Below, one piece after another: positions 40,873-50,621 of a DNA stretch of 64,000 nucleotides. Every line of letters starts with the position of its first letter. The stretch's first letter is position 1. The position numbers and the translations under genes were made by a program. Source of the DNA: Nitrospirota bacterium (lineage in GTDB: Bacteria; Nitrospirota; UBA9217); the NCBI GenBank assembly GCA_963751455.1, contig CAVVUN010000003.1:160001-224000 (forward strand), written 5' to 3'. Under the pieces are notes generated by a model. That model saw nothing but the letters and a program-made list of their open reading frames with translations, was not told where the DNA came from and did not search any database.

Positions 40873-43800
40873 GTGAGTCTTTTCCACATAATCGCTTATC
40901 CGCTTTTTGTAATCTCCGCGCTCGAAATTGCTCTTGGCATCGTTCTTCTCAGGAATAATCCCCGGAAAAGCAATCTTCAAAAGGCAGTTGCTGCTGTCTC
41001 GTTCTTCTCGGCAGCGTTCTCCTTTATCTCCGCAGCCATGTATATGCGCGCTTCGTTCGGCCTGCCAATCGACCTTGCAGCCCGTCTCAACTGGATCGGC
41101 TGGTTCACGGTTCCTGCAGGCTTGCAGATCCTCTTTTACATGAAAGACGATAGGGCTCCCGTAGGCCGCCGTATCGGCCTTGTTCTCTACCCTGCATGGC
41201 TTCTTATTCTCGGCCTCTGCCTGTTCACGGATCTGATAGTGACTTCGGGTTATTCCGTCATTCCCTTCATTAATCATCCGGGACCCCTTGAAAATGTATT
41301 CCGGCTCTTCGGGTCGCTCCTGGCAGTCTGGCTGTTGATCGGTTTAGTCAGACTGAAAAAACAGCTCCACGGAATCAAGAAAGCGCAGCTTAATTACTTT
41401 TTTCAGGGTGTGTTGATATTCGGGGGCGGCGCTGCGTTCACTGCCGGATTTATGCAGCTGCTGGGAGGATTCGGGTTTGAACCGGGGCTCGCGTCCTTTT
41501 TCAGTTTCCCCTGGGTCGCCATGACCTATTATGCGATCACCCGGAACCGGCTCTTCGATATCCGGCTTATTTTTTCACGGGTGCTTTCCATTATTCTGCT
41601 GGTGGCCCTGTTCGCTGTTGCCCAGATCTGGGTGTTCAAACTGCTTACCCCGGCGCTCGGGGAATCGTTCTCGATCCTGATCTCCCTGTCTATAATCGGC
41701 ATCATTTATTACGGGACCCGGATCAACAGAAAAATGCAGCACATTGTCCAGCAGCTCGTCGTGCAGGACAAATACGATTATCAGGGCGTGCTCAGGGAAT
41801 CCATCAAGGCGATCATCACGATTCTTGACCTGGATGAACTTCTGGATTACATCATAGCCAGCATGAAAAAAAGTCTCGGCGTGGACAGCGCTTATCTCGT
41901 TCTCAAGGAAAAGAGCGGCTCCTTTACGCGCAGCCGCGGCAGGACGGCGGGCCTTGACGAAACCAAAACCGGCCTGGATAATACCATGGTCGACACGCTG
42001 CTGCGGCTTGGCCCCGGAGTTGTTCGGGAAGAGTTGGCCGAAGTCACTTCGGAAGAAGCGGGCATGGTCTGCAGGATGATGGAGAAGATGGCGGCGGAAC
42101 TCATCATCCCGCTCTCGTACAAAGGAGATGTAAAGGGATTTATGGTTCTCGGGCGAAAGGGCAACCAGGACCCCTACCTTCAAAGCGATATCGATCTTTT
42201 GGAATCGCTTGCCGGTCATGCGGCTGTAGCCATCGAAAATGCCCAGCTGTATGAAGAGTCGCGGCGTGTCAGGCAGTCGCTCCAGGAAAGCGAGGAAAAG
42301 TTCAGGACCCTGGCGGAAACAGCTGCTATGGCGATATTCATCCATCAAGGCGGCAACTTCCTGTATGCCAACCGGGCCGCTGAAGTAATCGGAGGGTATA
42401 CGGTCGAGGAATACCTCACAAAGGATTTTATGAGCCTCGTGCATCCCGACTATATCGAGCTCGTAAAGACCCGGGCGCGCGAACGGCTGATCGGCAGCAA
42501 TGATGTGCCCAGGCAGTATGAATTCAAGATCGTCAGAAAGAACGGGGAACACCGATGGGTCCTCATGACGGCAGGCATGGCCGAATTTAAAGGCAAACCC
42601 GCCGTGATGGGAACCCTTATCGATATTACCATTCGCAAACAGGCCGAGGAGGAGCGGGACCAAATGGCGCTCCTGATCGAAAACAGTTCGGACTTTATCG
42701 GCATGGCGAGTCTCGACGGGAAGATCATGTTTGTCAACAGCGCAGGCCGCAGGCTGGTCGGCCTCGAGGACAAGGACGACCTCAAAACAATGACGATGTT
42801 CGATTTTATTATGAAGGAAGACCTCACCCTGTTCGCCGAGCAGCTCCTGCCCAGCGACGTCTGGCGCGGAGAGTTCCGGCTGAAACATTTTAAAACAGGC
42901 TTGCCGATTCCTGTCGACATGTACGGCTTCAGCGTCACCGACGAGAAAACAGGACACGCAATAGCCCGTGCGGCGGTTATCCGCGATATCACCGATCTTA
43001 AACGGGCGCGTGAAGAGCGGGAACGATATTTCCAGCAGCTGAAGGAGGCAACGCATTCCCTTCAGGAAAGCGAGGAAAAATTCCGAACGCTTGCCGAGAC
43101 AACAACCGCCGCAATATTCATCCACCAGGGACAGAAACTGGTATATGCAAATACGGCCGGGGAAACGATGTCCGGATACAGCCGCGAAGAACTCCTGCAG
43201 GAGGATTTCTGGGCGCTTATCCATCCTGACTATCAGGAGCTTACAAAAGAGAGGGGCCAGGCCCGTTTGCGTGGAGAGCAGAAACCGCGGGAGTACGAGT
43301 TTAAATTCATCCGCAAAGACGGGAGCGATCGGTGGGCCGCAACAACCGCGGGTGTCATCGAATTCGGAGGAAAACCGGCCATCATCGCGACCCTGTTCGA
43401 TATAACCGAGTGGAAGCGGGCCGAGGAGGCAAAGGTAAAATTTTACGAGGAGAGCGTGCGGCAGTACCAGGAGCGCATCGAAGAGGAAAAAAGGCACCGG
43501 ATGGAGAAGGAAAAGATCGTGATGGACCTGCATGACGGCATCGGCGGCATTACGACGAACATCAGCATTCTGTCAGAGATCGCTCAGAAAGCGGAAGACA
43601 TGGAAACGGTCAAAACGACGCTTTCAACTATATCAAAGCTTTCCCGGGAAGGGATCGCGGAGATTCGCAGCTTCATGCACAGCCTTGACAGTAAGGAATT
43701 GAACTGGAGGACCCTGGCTGCCGAATTAAGAAACCAGGGAACGAACATGGTCGAGCCTCACAAGATCCGGTTCCTTATCAACTCGACATTGGACGACATC

Positions 43801-44121
43801 TATGAACAGCCGGGAAGTCTCATTTGGGTGAATATGTTCAAAATTTACAAGGAAGCCTTGACGAACGTCATCAAGCATGCGAAAGCCTCTGAAGTAAAAG
43901 TTTCATTTGAAATCGACGGGCAGTCGGTCCGCCTGTCGATAGCAGACAACGGGGTCGGCCTCGCAGGCAGCGGCAGTGAAGGAAGAGGACTGCCGAATAT
44001 GAAAACACGGGCTGCTGAAATAGGCGGTAACCTGACAATCTTTCTGAAGCGGGGAACGATCGTAAACTTCGATCTTCCCTTACCCTTAAAATACCCTGCG
44101 CAGGGTATGGTAAGGCATTGA
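40873..44121 (+). CDS. Multi-TM, GAF, 3xPAS sensor histidine kinase (HisKA_3 type)
   Basis: Hydrophobic N-terminus; AVAIENAQLY GAF end; two QESEEKFRTLAE PAS repeats; DLHDGIG H-box; EALTNVIKHA, DNGVG, GRGLPNM. Confidence 0.9.
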   Translation: MSLFHIIAYPLFVISALEIALGIVLLRNNPRKSNLQKAVAAVSFFSAAFSFISAAMYMRASFGLPIDLAARLNWIGWFTVPAGLQILFYMKDDRAPVGRRIGLVLYPAWLLILGLCLFTDLIVTSGYSVIPFINHPGPLENVFRLFGSLLAVWLLIGLVRLKKQLHGIKKAQLNYFFQGVLIFGGGAAFTAGFMQLLGGFGFEPGLASFFSFPWVAMTYYAITRNRLFDIRLIFSRVLSIILLVALFAVAQIWVFKLLTPALGESFSILISLSIIGIIYYGTRINRKMQHIVQQLVVQDKYDYQGVLRESIKAIITILDLDELLDYIIASMKKSLGVDSAYLVLKEKSGSFTRSRGRTAGLDETKTGLDNTMVDTLLRLGPGVVREELAEVTSEEAGMVCRMMEKMAAELIIPLSYKGDVKGFMVLGRKGNQDPYLQSDIDLLESLAGHAAVAIENAQLYEESRRVRQSLQESEEKFRTLAETAAMAIFIHQGGNFLYANRAAEVIGGYTVEEYLTKDFMSLVHPDYIELVKTRARERLIGSNDVPRQYEFKIVRKNGEHRWVLMTAGMAEFKGKPAVMGTLIDITIRKQAEEERDQMALLIENSSDFIGMASLDGKIMFVNSAGRRLVGLEDKDDLKTMTMFDFIMKEDLTLFAEQLLPSDVWRGEFRLKHFKTGLPIPVDMYGFSVTDEKTGHAIARAAVIRDITDLKRAREERERYFQQLKEATHSLQESEEKFRTLAETTTAAIFIHQGQKLVYANTAGETMSGYSREELLQEDFWALIHPDYQELTKERGQARLRGEQKPREYEFKFIRKDGSDRWAATTAGVIEFGGKPAIIATLFDITEWKRAEEAKVKFYEESVRQYQERIEEEKRHRMEKEKIVMDLHDGIGGITTNISILSEIAQKAEDMETVKTTLSTISKLSREGIAEIRSFMHSLDSKELNWRTLAAELRNQGTNMVEPHKIRFLINSTLDDIYEQPGSLIWVNMFKIYKEALTNVIKHAKASEVKVSFEIDGQSVRLSIADNGVGLAGSGSEGRGLPNMKTRAAEIGGNLTIFLKRGTIVNFDLPLPLKYPAQGMVRH
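44081..44108. promoter_or_regulatory. Candidate operator: perfect 18-bp palindrome plus upstream half-site
   Basis: TACCCTTAAA-ATACCCTGCGCAGGGTAT in the kinase 3' end, 35 bp before the regulator ATG. Confidence 0.55.
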
Positions 44122-44143
44122 TTGCTGTGATAGGAGTTATACT

Positions 44144-44767
44144 ATGCGACTTGTAATTGTGGAAGACGACCCTATTTTACGTGAAAGCCTCAAGCTCCTT
44201 CTCGGCGGCGAGTCAGGCATTACCGTTGCAGGCGCATACCGGACTGCGGAAGATGCCTTGCGTTCTTTAAAAAAGGCAGCGCCGCAAGTCATGCTTGCCG
44301 ACCTCGGATTGCCGGGGATGTCGGGGATAGAGATGATCAAGGAAGCAAAGGAAAGCATGCCGTCTCTCGAGATCATGGCGCACACGGTATTCGAAGACCG
44401 GGAAAACGTATTTTCCGCGATCAAAGCGGGTGCATCCGGATACATACTCAAAGGCAGCAGTCCGCGGGAAATCGTCGAGGCCATATACGAGATCAATAAA
44501 GGCGGGGCCCCTATGAGTCCGAAAATAGCAAGGAAAGTGATTCACGAGTTTCGGGATGAGGGCGTCGGCGAGCAGTATGATCTCAGCCAGCGGGAAAAGG
44601 ATATCGTCAAGTGCATTGAACAGGGCCTGACCTATAAGGAGATATCGATAAAGTTGAATATCAGTTCCCATACCGTGCACACCCATATAAAAAATATCTA
44701 TGAAAAACTCCAGGCCAAGGACCGGAATGAAGCGCTTGTAAAGGCAAGAAAAACCGGCATTATCTGA
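44144..44767 (+). CDS. NarL/LuxR-family response regulator
   Basis: REC (IVEDD, DLGLPGMSG, GASGYILK) plus HTH LSQREKDI...TVHTHIKNIYEKL. Confidence 0.93.
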   Translation: MRLVIVEDDPILRESLKLLLGGESGITVAGAYRTAEDALRSLKKAAPQVMLADLGLPGMSGIEMIKEAKESMPSLEIMAHTVFEDRENVFSAIKAGASGYILKGSSPREIVEAIYEINKGGAPMSPKIARKVIHEFRDEGVGEQYDLSQREKDIVKCIEQGLTYKEISIKLNISSHTVHTHIKNIYEKLQAKDRNEALVKARKTGII

Positions 44768-44805
44768 TGTATCGCCACTTCATGTCCACTGCTACCCCTT
44801 CTCAA

Positions 44806-44833
44806 TACCCTAAAAATACCCCGACCGGGCGAT
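44806..44833. promoter_or_regulatory. Second copy of the candidate operator
   Basis: TACCCTAAAAATACCCCGACCGGGCGAT resembles 44081-44108. Confidence 0.5.
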
Positions 44834-44906
44834 TTACACTGATGGTGTAATCAGGTACAGTGAGATTACTGGAAAATCTGAAACCGTTTCTAGCGGAGTT
44901 TAAGCT

Positions 44907-45110
44907 GTGAGCGACCCCGGTGAAGAAAAAAAACTGAAATACAGCGCGCCAACTCTTGAAAAATACCTCCTGATGGATGAAAAGGAGAAGGATCACGAAA
45001 TCCAGAAAGCGGTTGCCCGCCTGCAGAATCGTATTCAGGAAATTTTGTATTTGCTCGATACGGACAAGCCATCCATTGCAGGCAGCGAAGCGGAAGCTAA
45101 TAAGAAATAG
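44907..45110 (+). CDS. Small hypothetical protein (67 aa)
   Basis: GGAG RBS, GTG start, followed by a terminator. Confidence 0.55.
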   Translation: MSDPGEEKKLKYSAPTLEKYLLMDEKEKDHEIQKAVARLQNRIQEILYLLDTDKPSIAGSEAEANKK

Positions 45111-45174
45111 CTTCGGAACCAATCCGCAAGCGACAGCCTGCGGAACTCCCCAAGTTCATCCTCCTTTACCTATA

Positions 45175-45203
45175 CCCCCTTCCTTTCGGAAGGGGGATTT
45201 TTT
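45175..45203 (+). terminator. Intrinsic terminator
   Basis: CCCCCTTCC-tttc-GGAAGGGGG-ATTTTTT. Confidence 0.7.
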
Positions 45204-45334
45204 ATCTATTATAGATTATAAAACCTGCTTTCTCTGCCTTTCCGCAATCGCCCTGTCTACCTGCGTCATTCGCCGTCAAAACAGCATCAAACGGGGAAAA
45301 AAGTAATTGACAATTAAACTGCAGGCTGTTATAA

Positions 45335-46285
45335 ATGACGTCTATGCTCCAGGCAACGGAAAAGATATGGTTTAACGGCACGTTGGTGAACTGGGATGAT
45401 GCGAAGCTTCACATTCTGAGCCATTCACTTCACTATGGAACCGGCGTATTCGAAGGGATCCGCTGCTATAAAACGGACATCGGTTCGGCGGTATTCAGGT
45501 TGCCGGAGCACGTCGATCGTTTCTTCGACTCGGCCCATATCTGTTTCCTGGACATCCCCTTCACGCGCGAGGCCATAAGCGAGGCCATACTCGATACCAT
45601 CCGTGCGAACAGGATCGAGGCTTGCTATATCAGGCCGCTGGCCCATATCGGCTACGGAGCAATGGGTATTTATCCCAAGGAAAACCCGATTCAGGTCTCC
45701 ATCGCTGTCTGGCCGTGGGGAAGCTATCTCGGGGAAGAAGGGCTCAAAAACGGAATCCGGGTCAAAATCTCTTCTTTCACGCGGCCGCATGTAAATGCTA
45801 CCATGGTGCGGTCTAAAACGACTGCAAATTATGCGAATTCTCTCCTCGCCAAGCGCGAGGCGCTTAAAGACGGGTATGATGAAGCGCTGCTCCTCGATAC
45901 CGACGGGTACGTTGCTGAAGGAAGCGGGGAGAACGTGTTTATCGTCCGCAAGGGGGTAATAAAAACGCCGCCCTTGACGTCGATCCTGGAAGGCATAACC
46001 AGAGAAACGATAATGCAGCTTGCGTCCGAACGCGGAATGCGCGTTGTCGAAGAGCGGTTTACCAGGGACGAACTGTATATCGCGGACGAGAGCTTCTTTA
46101 CGGGCACAGCCGCCGAGATCACGCCGATCCGGGAAGTGGATAATCGAGCAATTGGAACCGGGCGCCCCGGTCCGGTTACCAACGAATTGCAGTCCGCCTT
46201 CTTCGAGATCGTCCACGGCCGGGACAGCCGTCACACTGAATGGCTTACCTCTGTTCACAAAAAGCAGCCCGTCACGAATAAGTAA
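45335..46285 (+). CDS. ilvE: Branched-chain amino acid aminotransferase (true start may be 45344)
   Basis: HSLHYGTGVFEGIR, YIRP, EGSGEN, LEGITR, FFTGTAAEITP. Confidence 0.95.
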   Translation: MTSMLQATEKIWFNGTLVNWDDAKLHILSHSLHYGTGVFEGIRCYKTDIGSAVFRLPEHVDRFFDSAHICFLDIPFTREAISEAILDTIRANRIEACYIRPLAHIGYGAMGIYPKENPIQVSIAVWPWGSYLGEEGLKNGIRVKISSFTRPHVNATMVRSKTTANYANSLLAKREALKDGYDEALLLDTDGYVAEGSGENVFIVRKGVIKTPPLTSILEGITRETIMQLASERGMRVVEERFTRDELYIADESFFTGTAAEITPIREVDNRAIGTGRPGPVTNELQSAFFEIVHGRDSRHTEWLTSVHKKQPVTNK

Positions 46286-46353
46286 ACATAGCCCCGGATA
46301 GAAAGTCAACGACGCAGAAAACTCTGCGACCATGGTTCTTTTGTTTTGCAAGT

Positions 46354-46438
46354 GCCGAAGTGGTGGAATTGGTAGACACGCACGTTTGAGGGGCGTGTGG
46401 GGCAACCCATGGGGGTTCGAGTCCCCCCTTCGGCACCA
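46354..46438 (+). tRNA. tRNA-Leu(GAG)
   Basis: GCCGAAG acceptor stem/CTTCGGC-A-CCA; D loop GGAATTGGTAGAC; anticodon loop TT-GAG-GG; long variable arm; GGTTCGAGTCC. Confidence 0.96.
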
Positions 46439-46495
46439 TTTTTTCCCGCCTGGAGCGGCGCATTACTTCATCTCGTTTTTCCTGATTGTGTCATC

Positions 46496-48115
46496 ATGAA
46501 AAAATTCCTTACCCTAAGACTAACCGTCTTCATCCTCTGTACGGCTTTCCTCTTTCCCGCAGCTTCGCTTTCGCAGGATCAGGAGAAAAATAATACATTA
46601 GGTATCATATCGGTGCCCCTGGCCAATGTGCACCATCAGGCAGTGCCGAAGTCGGGTCTGGTAACGCAGGTGCTGATGGCCGATGAAGTACGGATCATCG
46701 AAAAGCAGGATTACCGCTATCATATCACGATCCCCGGACAGCATAACCGGGAAGGATGGATCCAGCAGGAGGCCGTTTACATACCGAAGGACAAGAACCG
46801 TAACTATCTCAATTCTGAGCGGCCCTGGATCGTAATCGCCGTGCCCAAGACCGAGGCGCTCATCCTCGATAAGACCGGAGACCACAAGGTGCCCCTTTAT
46901 GCGGGTACACATCTTCCCATCCTGGAAAAAAGACAGGACGGCTTCAAAGTCCAGTTTCCAGACCGGTCCGTCGCGATCATTAATCCGGCCGATGTAATAC
47001 CGGTAAAGTTGTCGGACCCGCTCTCCAATGACACCGCCCCAGACGATATTGCAAAAACAGCCCGGAAATTCCAGGGCGTCCATTCGCTGGACGGCGGCAT
47101 CACCGCTCAAGGCATGGATACGCGCGGCCTTATTTATATCGTATACAGAATTCACGGTATCTCCCTCGGAACCGATCGGGCGTCCCTCAACGCAAAGGCC
47201 GACCGCATACCAAAAAAAGAAATCCAGCCGGGCGATGTTGTGGTGTTTCACGGAGACCGTGAGGGGCTCTATGTCGGCAACGGCCTGTTTCTCGAGTCGA
47301 TCAAAAAACGCTCCATAGTGCTCGCCGGCATCAACGATAAACGCTATGCCCAGGCCGTCCAATATGGGATGAGGATAATCGGCGCCGATCCGGACGATAA
47401 CAAGCGGCCGGCTGAAATGACGGCAGACGAAATACTGCTTGCGCAGGCAAGAACAGCGCGGCTTCCTCTCGGGAAACGCATCTCGTTCTGGGCGGAACGT
47501 TTCATCGGCACGCCCTATGACCCGGACCCGCTCGGCACGTATGTCCGCAGCAATCGTATCGTGGCGGACGAGAGGGTAGACTGCATGTACCACACGTTCC
47601 GGTCCGTGGAACTCGCTTTCAGCGGCACGCCGTCGGAAGCGATCGACACGGCGCTCACGCTGAGGTTCCAGACGAAGGGCGCGGTCACAGACGGACTCGT
47701 GACGAACTACGACGAGCGTTTCCAGTACGGCGAAGACATGGTGTACAGCGGCAAATGGGGCAGCAACATCACTGCCCGGCTTGGCGCAATTAAAACGATC
47801 CCCGGCAGCCGCGGAAGGGAAGCGGTCCAGATCCTTGGCAAAAACACCCTTGCGCTCTCCGGCTTTCAGAAAAAGCTCCAGGATGGAGACATCATCTTCT
47901 GGGTCAAAGACCCGAAAAAGCGCGTGATCGACGAGATTGTTGCCCACCTCTCGATTGTCGTAATGAAATCCGGCAAACCATATCTTGTCCATGCTTCCGG
48001 GAACAAGGACTATAAGGGTTCGCCCGGCAGCGGCGTCGTGAAGGAAGTAACCCTTGCCGAATACGTGCACAACATGCGTTTCATCGGCGCATTTGTCACA
48101 CGGTTCGAGCAGTAA
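46496..48115 (+). CDS. Secreted SH3 + NlpC/P60-like + DUF1460-like peptidoglycan hydrolase
   Basis: Signal peptide; EGWI SH3 region; IQPGDVVVF NlpC-like; FIGTPY...VDCM...LQDGDIIF...AHLSI...VHAS. Confidence 0.72.
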   Translation: MKKFLTLRLTVFILCTAFLFPAASLSQDQEKNNTLGIISVPLANVHHQAVPKSGLVTQVLMADEVRIIEKQDYRYHITIPGQHNREGWIQQEAVYIPKDKNRNYLNSERPWIVIAVPKTEALILDKTGDHKVPLYAGTHLPILEKRQDGFKVQFPDRSVAIINPADVIPVKLSDPLSNDTAPDDIAKTARKFQGVHSLDGGITAQGMDTRGLIYIVYRIHGISLGTDRASLNAKADRIPKKEIQPGDVVVFHGDREGLYVGNGLFLESIKKRSIVLAGINDKRYAQAVQYGMRIIGADPDDNKRPAEMTADEILLAQARTARLPLGKRISFWAERFIGTPYDPDPLGTYVRSNRIVADERVDCMYHTFRSVELAFSGTPSEAIDTALTLRFQTKGAVTDGLVTNYDERFQYGEDMVYSGKWGSNITARLGAIKTIPGSRGREAVQILGKNTLALSGFQKKLQDGDIIFWVKDPKKRVIDEIVAHLSIVVMKSGKPYLVHASGNKDYKGSPGSGVVKEVTLAEYVHNMRFIGAFVTRFEQ

Positions 48116-48196
48116 CATTTTGGTTTGACAACGCTTCCTTTACTTTGCTATTCTCTCCGGTAAAGTCATGCAGCATTCTTGTATATCTGTTTTTTT

Positions 48197-48265
48197 AAGT
48201 TTGTCTGGTTTGTTTAGTTCTAACCAAACAAACTAAATCAACTAAACAAACCGCAATCCGCAATC
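48197..48265. repeat. Inverted nonamer-repeat element plus AATCCGC heptamers
   Basis: 13-bp IR GGTTTGTTTAGTT (48207)/AACTAAACAAACC (48240), then GCAATCCGCAATC. Confidence 0.65.
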
Positions 48266-48275
48266 AAGGAGGCCT

Positions 48276-49808
48276 ATGCTCTCCAAGGTCATCAGCTCGG
48301 CGGTACTCGGCATTGACGCCTACCCGGTCGAAGTTGAAGTCGATATCGCGAGCAGGGGCCTTCCGTTCTTCTCCACTGTGGGCCTGCCCGACGCTGCCGT
48401 CAAGGAGAGCAAGGAGCGCGTCCGCGCCGCCCTCAAGAACACCGGCTTCGACTTTCCCCTGAAGCAGGTCGTGGTCAACCTCGCACCCGCCGACATCAAG
48501 AAAGAAGGCTCCGCCTTCGATTTGCCCATCGCAATCGGCATGCTCATCGCAGAAGGAATTCTCACGCAGGACATGGTCGACGGTTACGTTATCGTTGGCG
48601 AGCTCTCGCTCGACGGCAGGCTGAAGCCCGTGCGCGGGGCGCTCTCCATGGCCGTTCTTGCGAAGAAGGCCGGTTACCGGGGCATGGTGGTCCCCGCGGA
48701 CAATGCGCAGGAAGCAGCGGTCGTCGAGGACGTCCGTATCTACAGCATGCACACGCTTCCGGAGGTCGTCGAATTTCTGAGCGGCAGAAGCGGTGCCGGC
48801 CCGGTGGCAATCGACGTAAAAACCGCATTCGAAGCGTATTCCGCGTATCAGGAAGACTTCTCGGAAGTAAAAGGGCAGGAACATGCAAAGCGCGCCATCG
48901 AGGTTGCGGCTGCAGGAGGCCATAATATCATCATGATCGGTCCTCCCGGCTCGGGCAAAACGATGCTGGCCCGCCGTCTTCCCACGGTGCTTCCGCAGAT
49001 GAGTTTCGATGAGTCCATCGAAACAACCAAGATCCACAGCATCATGGGCCTGCTCAGGAAGGGCCAGCCGCTCATCGCCACCCGGCCGTACCGCTCGCCG
49101 CATCATACAATATCGGACGCCGGGCTTATCGGCGGCGGACAGGTCCCGAAACCGGGTGAAGCCAGTCTGTCGCACAACGGCGTCCTGTTCCTGGATGAGC
49201 TTCCCGAATTCAAGCGCAACGTCCTGGAAGCCCTCCGGCAGCCGCTCGAAGACGGGCAGGTTACCATATCACGGGCCATTACATCGCTCACCTACCCGGC
49301 TTCCATGATGCTTGTCGCTGCCATGAATCCCTGCAAATGCGGTTTTCATGGCGATCCTTTTCATCAATGCCTCTGCACACCGCACCAGATCCAGACCTAC
49401 CGCTCGAAAGTTTCCGGACCGCTCATGGACCGGATCGATATCCATATAGAAGTGCCGGCTATAAAGTTTAACGAGATTGCATCAGAGATCCCGGCTGAAC
49501 CATCGTCGTCCATCCGCGAGCGCGTGACCCGGGCGCGCGAGATGCAGCAGGAACGGTTCAGCAACGACGGCATCTATTCGAATTCCCAGATGAAGCCCCG
49601 CCATATCCGCAAATACTGTAAAATCGATGAGGATTGCCAGTCACTGATGGAATCGGCGATGAACAGGCTCGGGCTGTCTGCCCGTGCTTACAACCGCGTG
49701 CTCAAGGTGGCCCGAACCATAGCCGATATCGATGGAAGCGTTCACATAGCGTCCGAACATATTGCAGAGGCGATCCAGTACCGGAGTTTGGATAGAAGGG
49801 TAAGCTAA
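48276..49808 (+). CDS. comM: YifB/ComM Mg-chelatase-like AAA+ ATPase
   Basis: VGLPDAAVKES, NLAPADIKKEGSAFDLPIA, GPPGSGKTM, PHHTIS, LFLDELPEF, SARAY. Confidence 0.92.
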   Translation: MLSKVISSAVLGIDAYPVEVEVDIASRGLPFFSTVGLPDAAVKESKERVRAALKNTGFDFPLKQVVVNLAPADIKKEGSAFDLPIAIGMLIAEGILTQDMVDGYVIVGELSLDGRLKPVRGALSMAVLAKKAGYRGMVVPADNAQEAAVVEDVRIYSMHTLPEVVEFLSGRSGAGPVAIDVKTAFEAYSAYQEDFSEVKGQEHAKRAIEVAAAGGHNIIMIGPPGSGKTMLARRLPTVLPQMSFDESIETTKIHSIMGLLRKGQPLIATRPYRSPHHTISDAGLIGGGQVPKPGEASLSHNGVLFLDELPEFKRNVLEALRQPLEDGQVTISRAITSLTYPASMMLVAAMNPCKCGFHGDPFHQCLCTPHQIQTYRSKVSGPLMDRIDIHIEVPAIKFNEIASEIPAEPSSSIRERVTRAREMQQERFSNDGIYSNSQMKPRHIRKYCKIDEDCQSLMESAMNRLGLSARAYNRVLKVARTIADIDGSVHIASEHIAEAIQYRSLDRRVS

Positions 49809-49938
49809 GTATTCTGATCTTTTTACAGCGATAACAATTAAACCAAAGAGAAATGTCGTGAGTGATTGTTTTGAGCGTGAATGGCCATTGTAAATTTATT
49901 TGCAAAATGATAAAATTATAATAATCAAGAGGCAATGC

Positions 49939-50160
49939 ATGCGCGTTAAAGACCTACCTGAAATATCCAAACTAAGCACACCAGAAAAGATATTGTTAGT
50001 AGAGGATCTCTGGGATAGCATTTCCGCGGATGAAGCATCCATTCCTGTACCGGAAAGCCACAAGGCAGAACTCGATGCACGGCTCAAGCGGTATGAATCT
50101 GCTCCAGGTTCCCTCCTGTCTCTTGATGATCTTCGAACGAGAATCGAAAAGAGAAAATGA
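49939..50160 (+). CDS. Addiction-module antitoxin (TIGR02574-like)
   Basis: LSTPEKILLVEDLWDSI...HKAELDARL; ATGA overlap with the toxin. Confidence 0.85.
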   Translation: MRVKDLPEISKLSTPEKILLVEDLWDSISADEASIPVPESHKAELDARLKRYESAPGSLLSLDDLRTRIEKRK

Positions 50161-50467
50161 CTTATACCCTTCGTTTTCTGCCTGAAGTCGCAGATGATGC
50201 CATCAGTGGCTTTTCATGGTATGAAACGAAATCGTCGGGACTAGGCGATGAATTTCTTCGTATGTTCTATGCCTGCGCCGGTGATATTCCCCGAAATCCC
50301 CTCCTTTATCAAAAGTGCACAAAGAATTCAGGCGTTGTTTGATCAGAAGATTCCCTTACGCTATCTACTTCACTTTAAAGAATGAACAGATCATCGTAAC
50401 CGGTTTGTTTCATTGTGCGCGTGATCCGCGCCGCGTTGAGTCAATGCTATTAGATCGAAAAGACTGA
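50157..50467 (+). CDS. RelE/ParE-family toxin (frameshift near 50315)
   Basis: WYETKSSGLGDEFL...NPLLY, continuing in another frame RRCLIRRFPYAIYF...FHCARDP. Confidence 0.8.
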
Positions 50468-50621
50468 TTTTAACCAGTTGTTCAAGAACGACTCGCTGAG
50501 AACACACCCCTCGCGCGCGTTCCGGCTCACTTTTCTCGCTGACTACCTAGAGAGATTATGAAACCGACTGCCGCTTTTTTCTGGCGAAAGCTCGATCACC
50601 ATGGGTACGATAGGTGCCGCC

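Noticed and set aside
41575-43533. Long antisense ORFs (also 46598-48118, 62614-63843, 35277-36152 in an alternate frame)
   Set aside because: Shadow frames of real genes in GC-rich DNA with no recognisable motifs
46354-46500. tRNA-Leu as an integration site
   Set aside because: No integrase and no duplicated tRNA 3' end seen in the window
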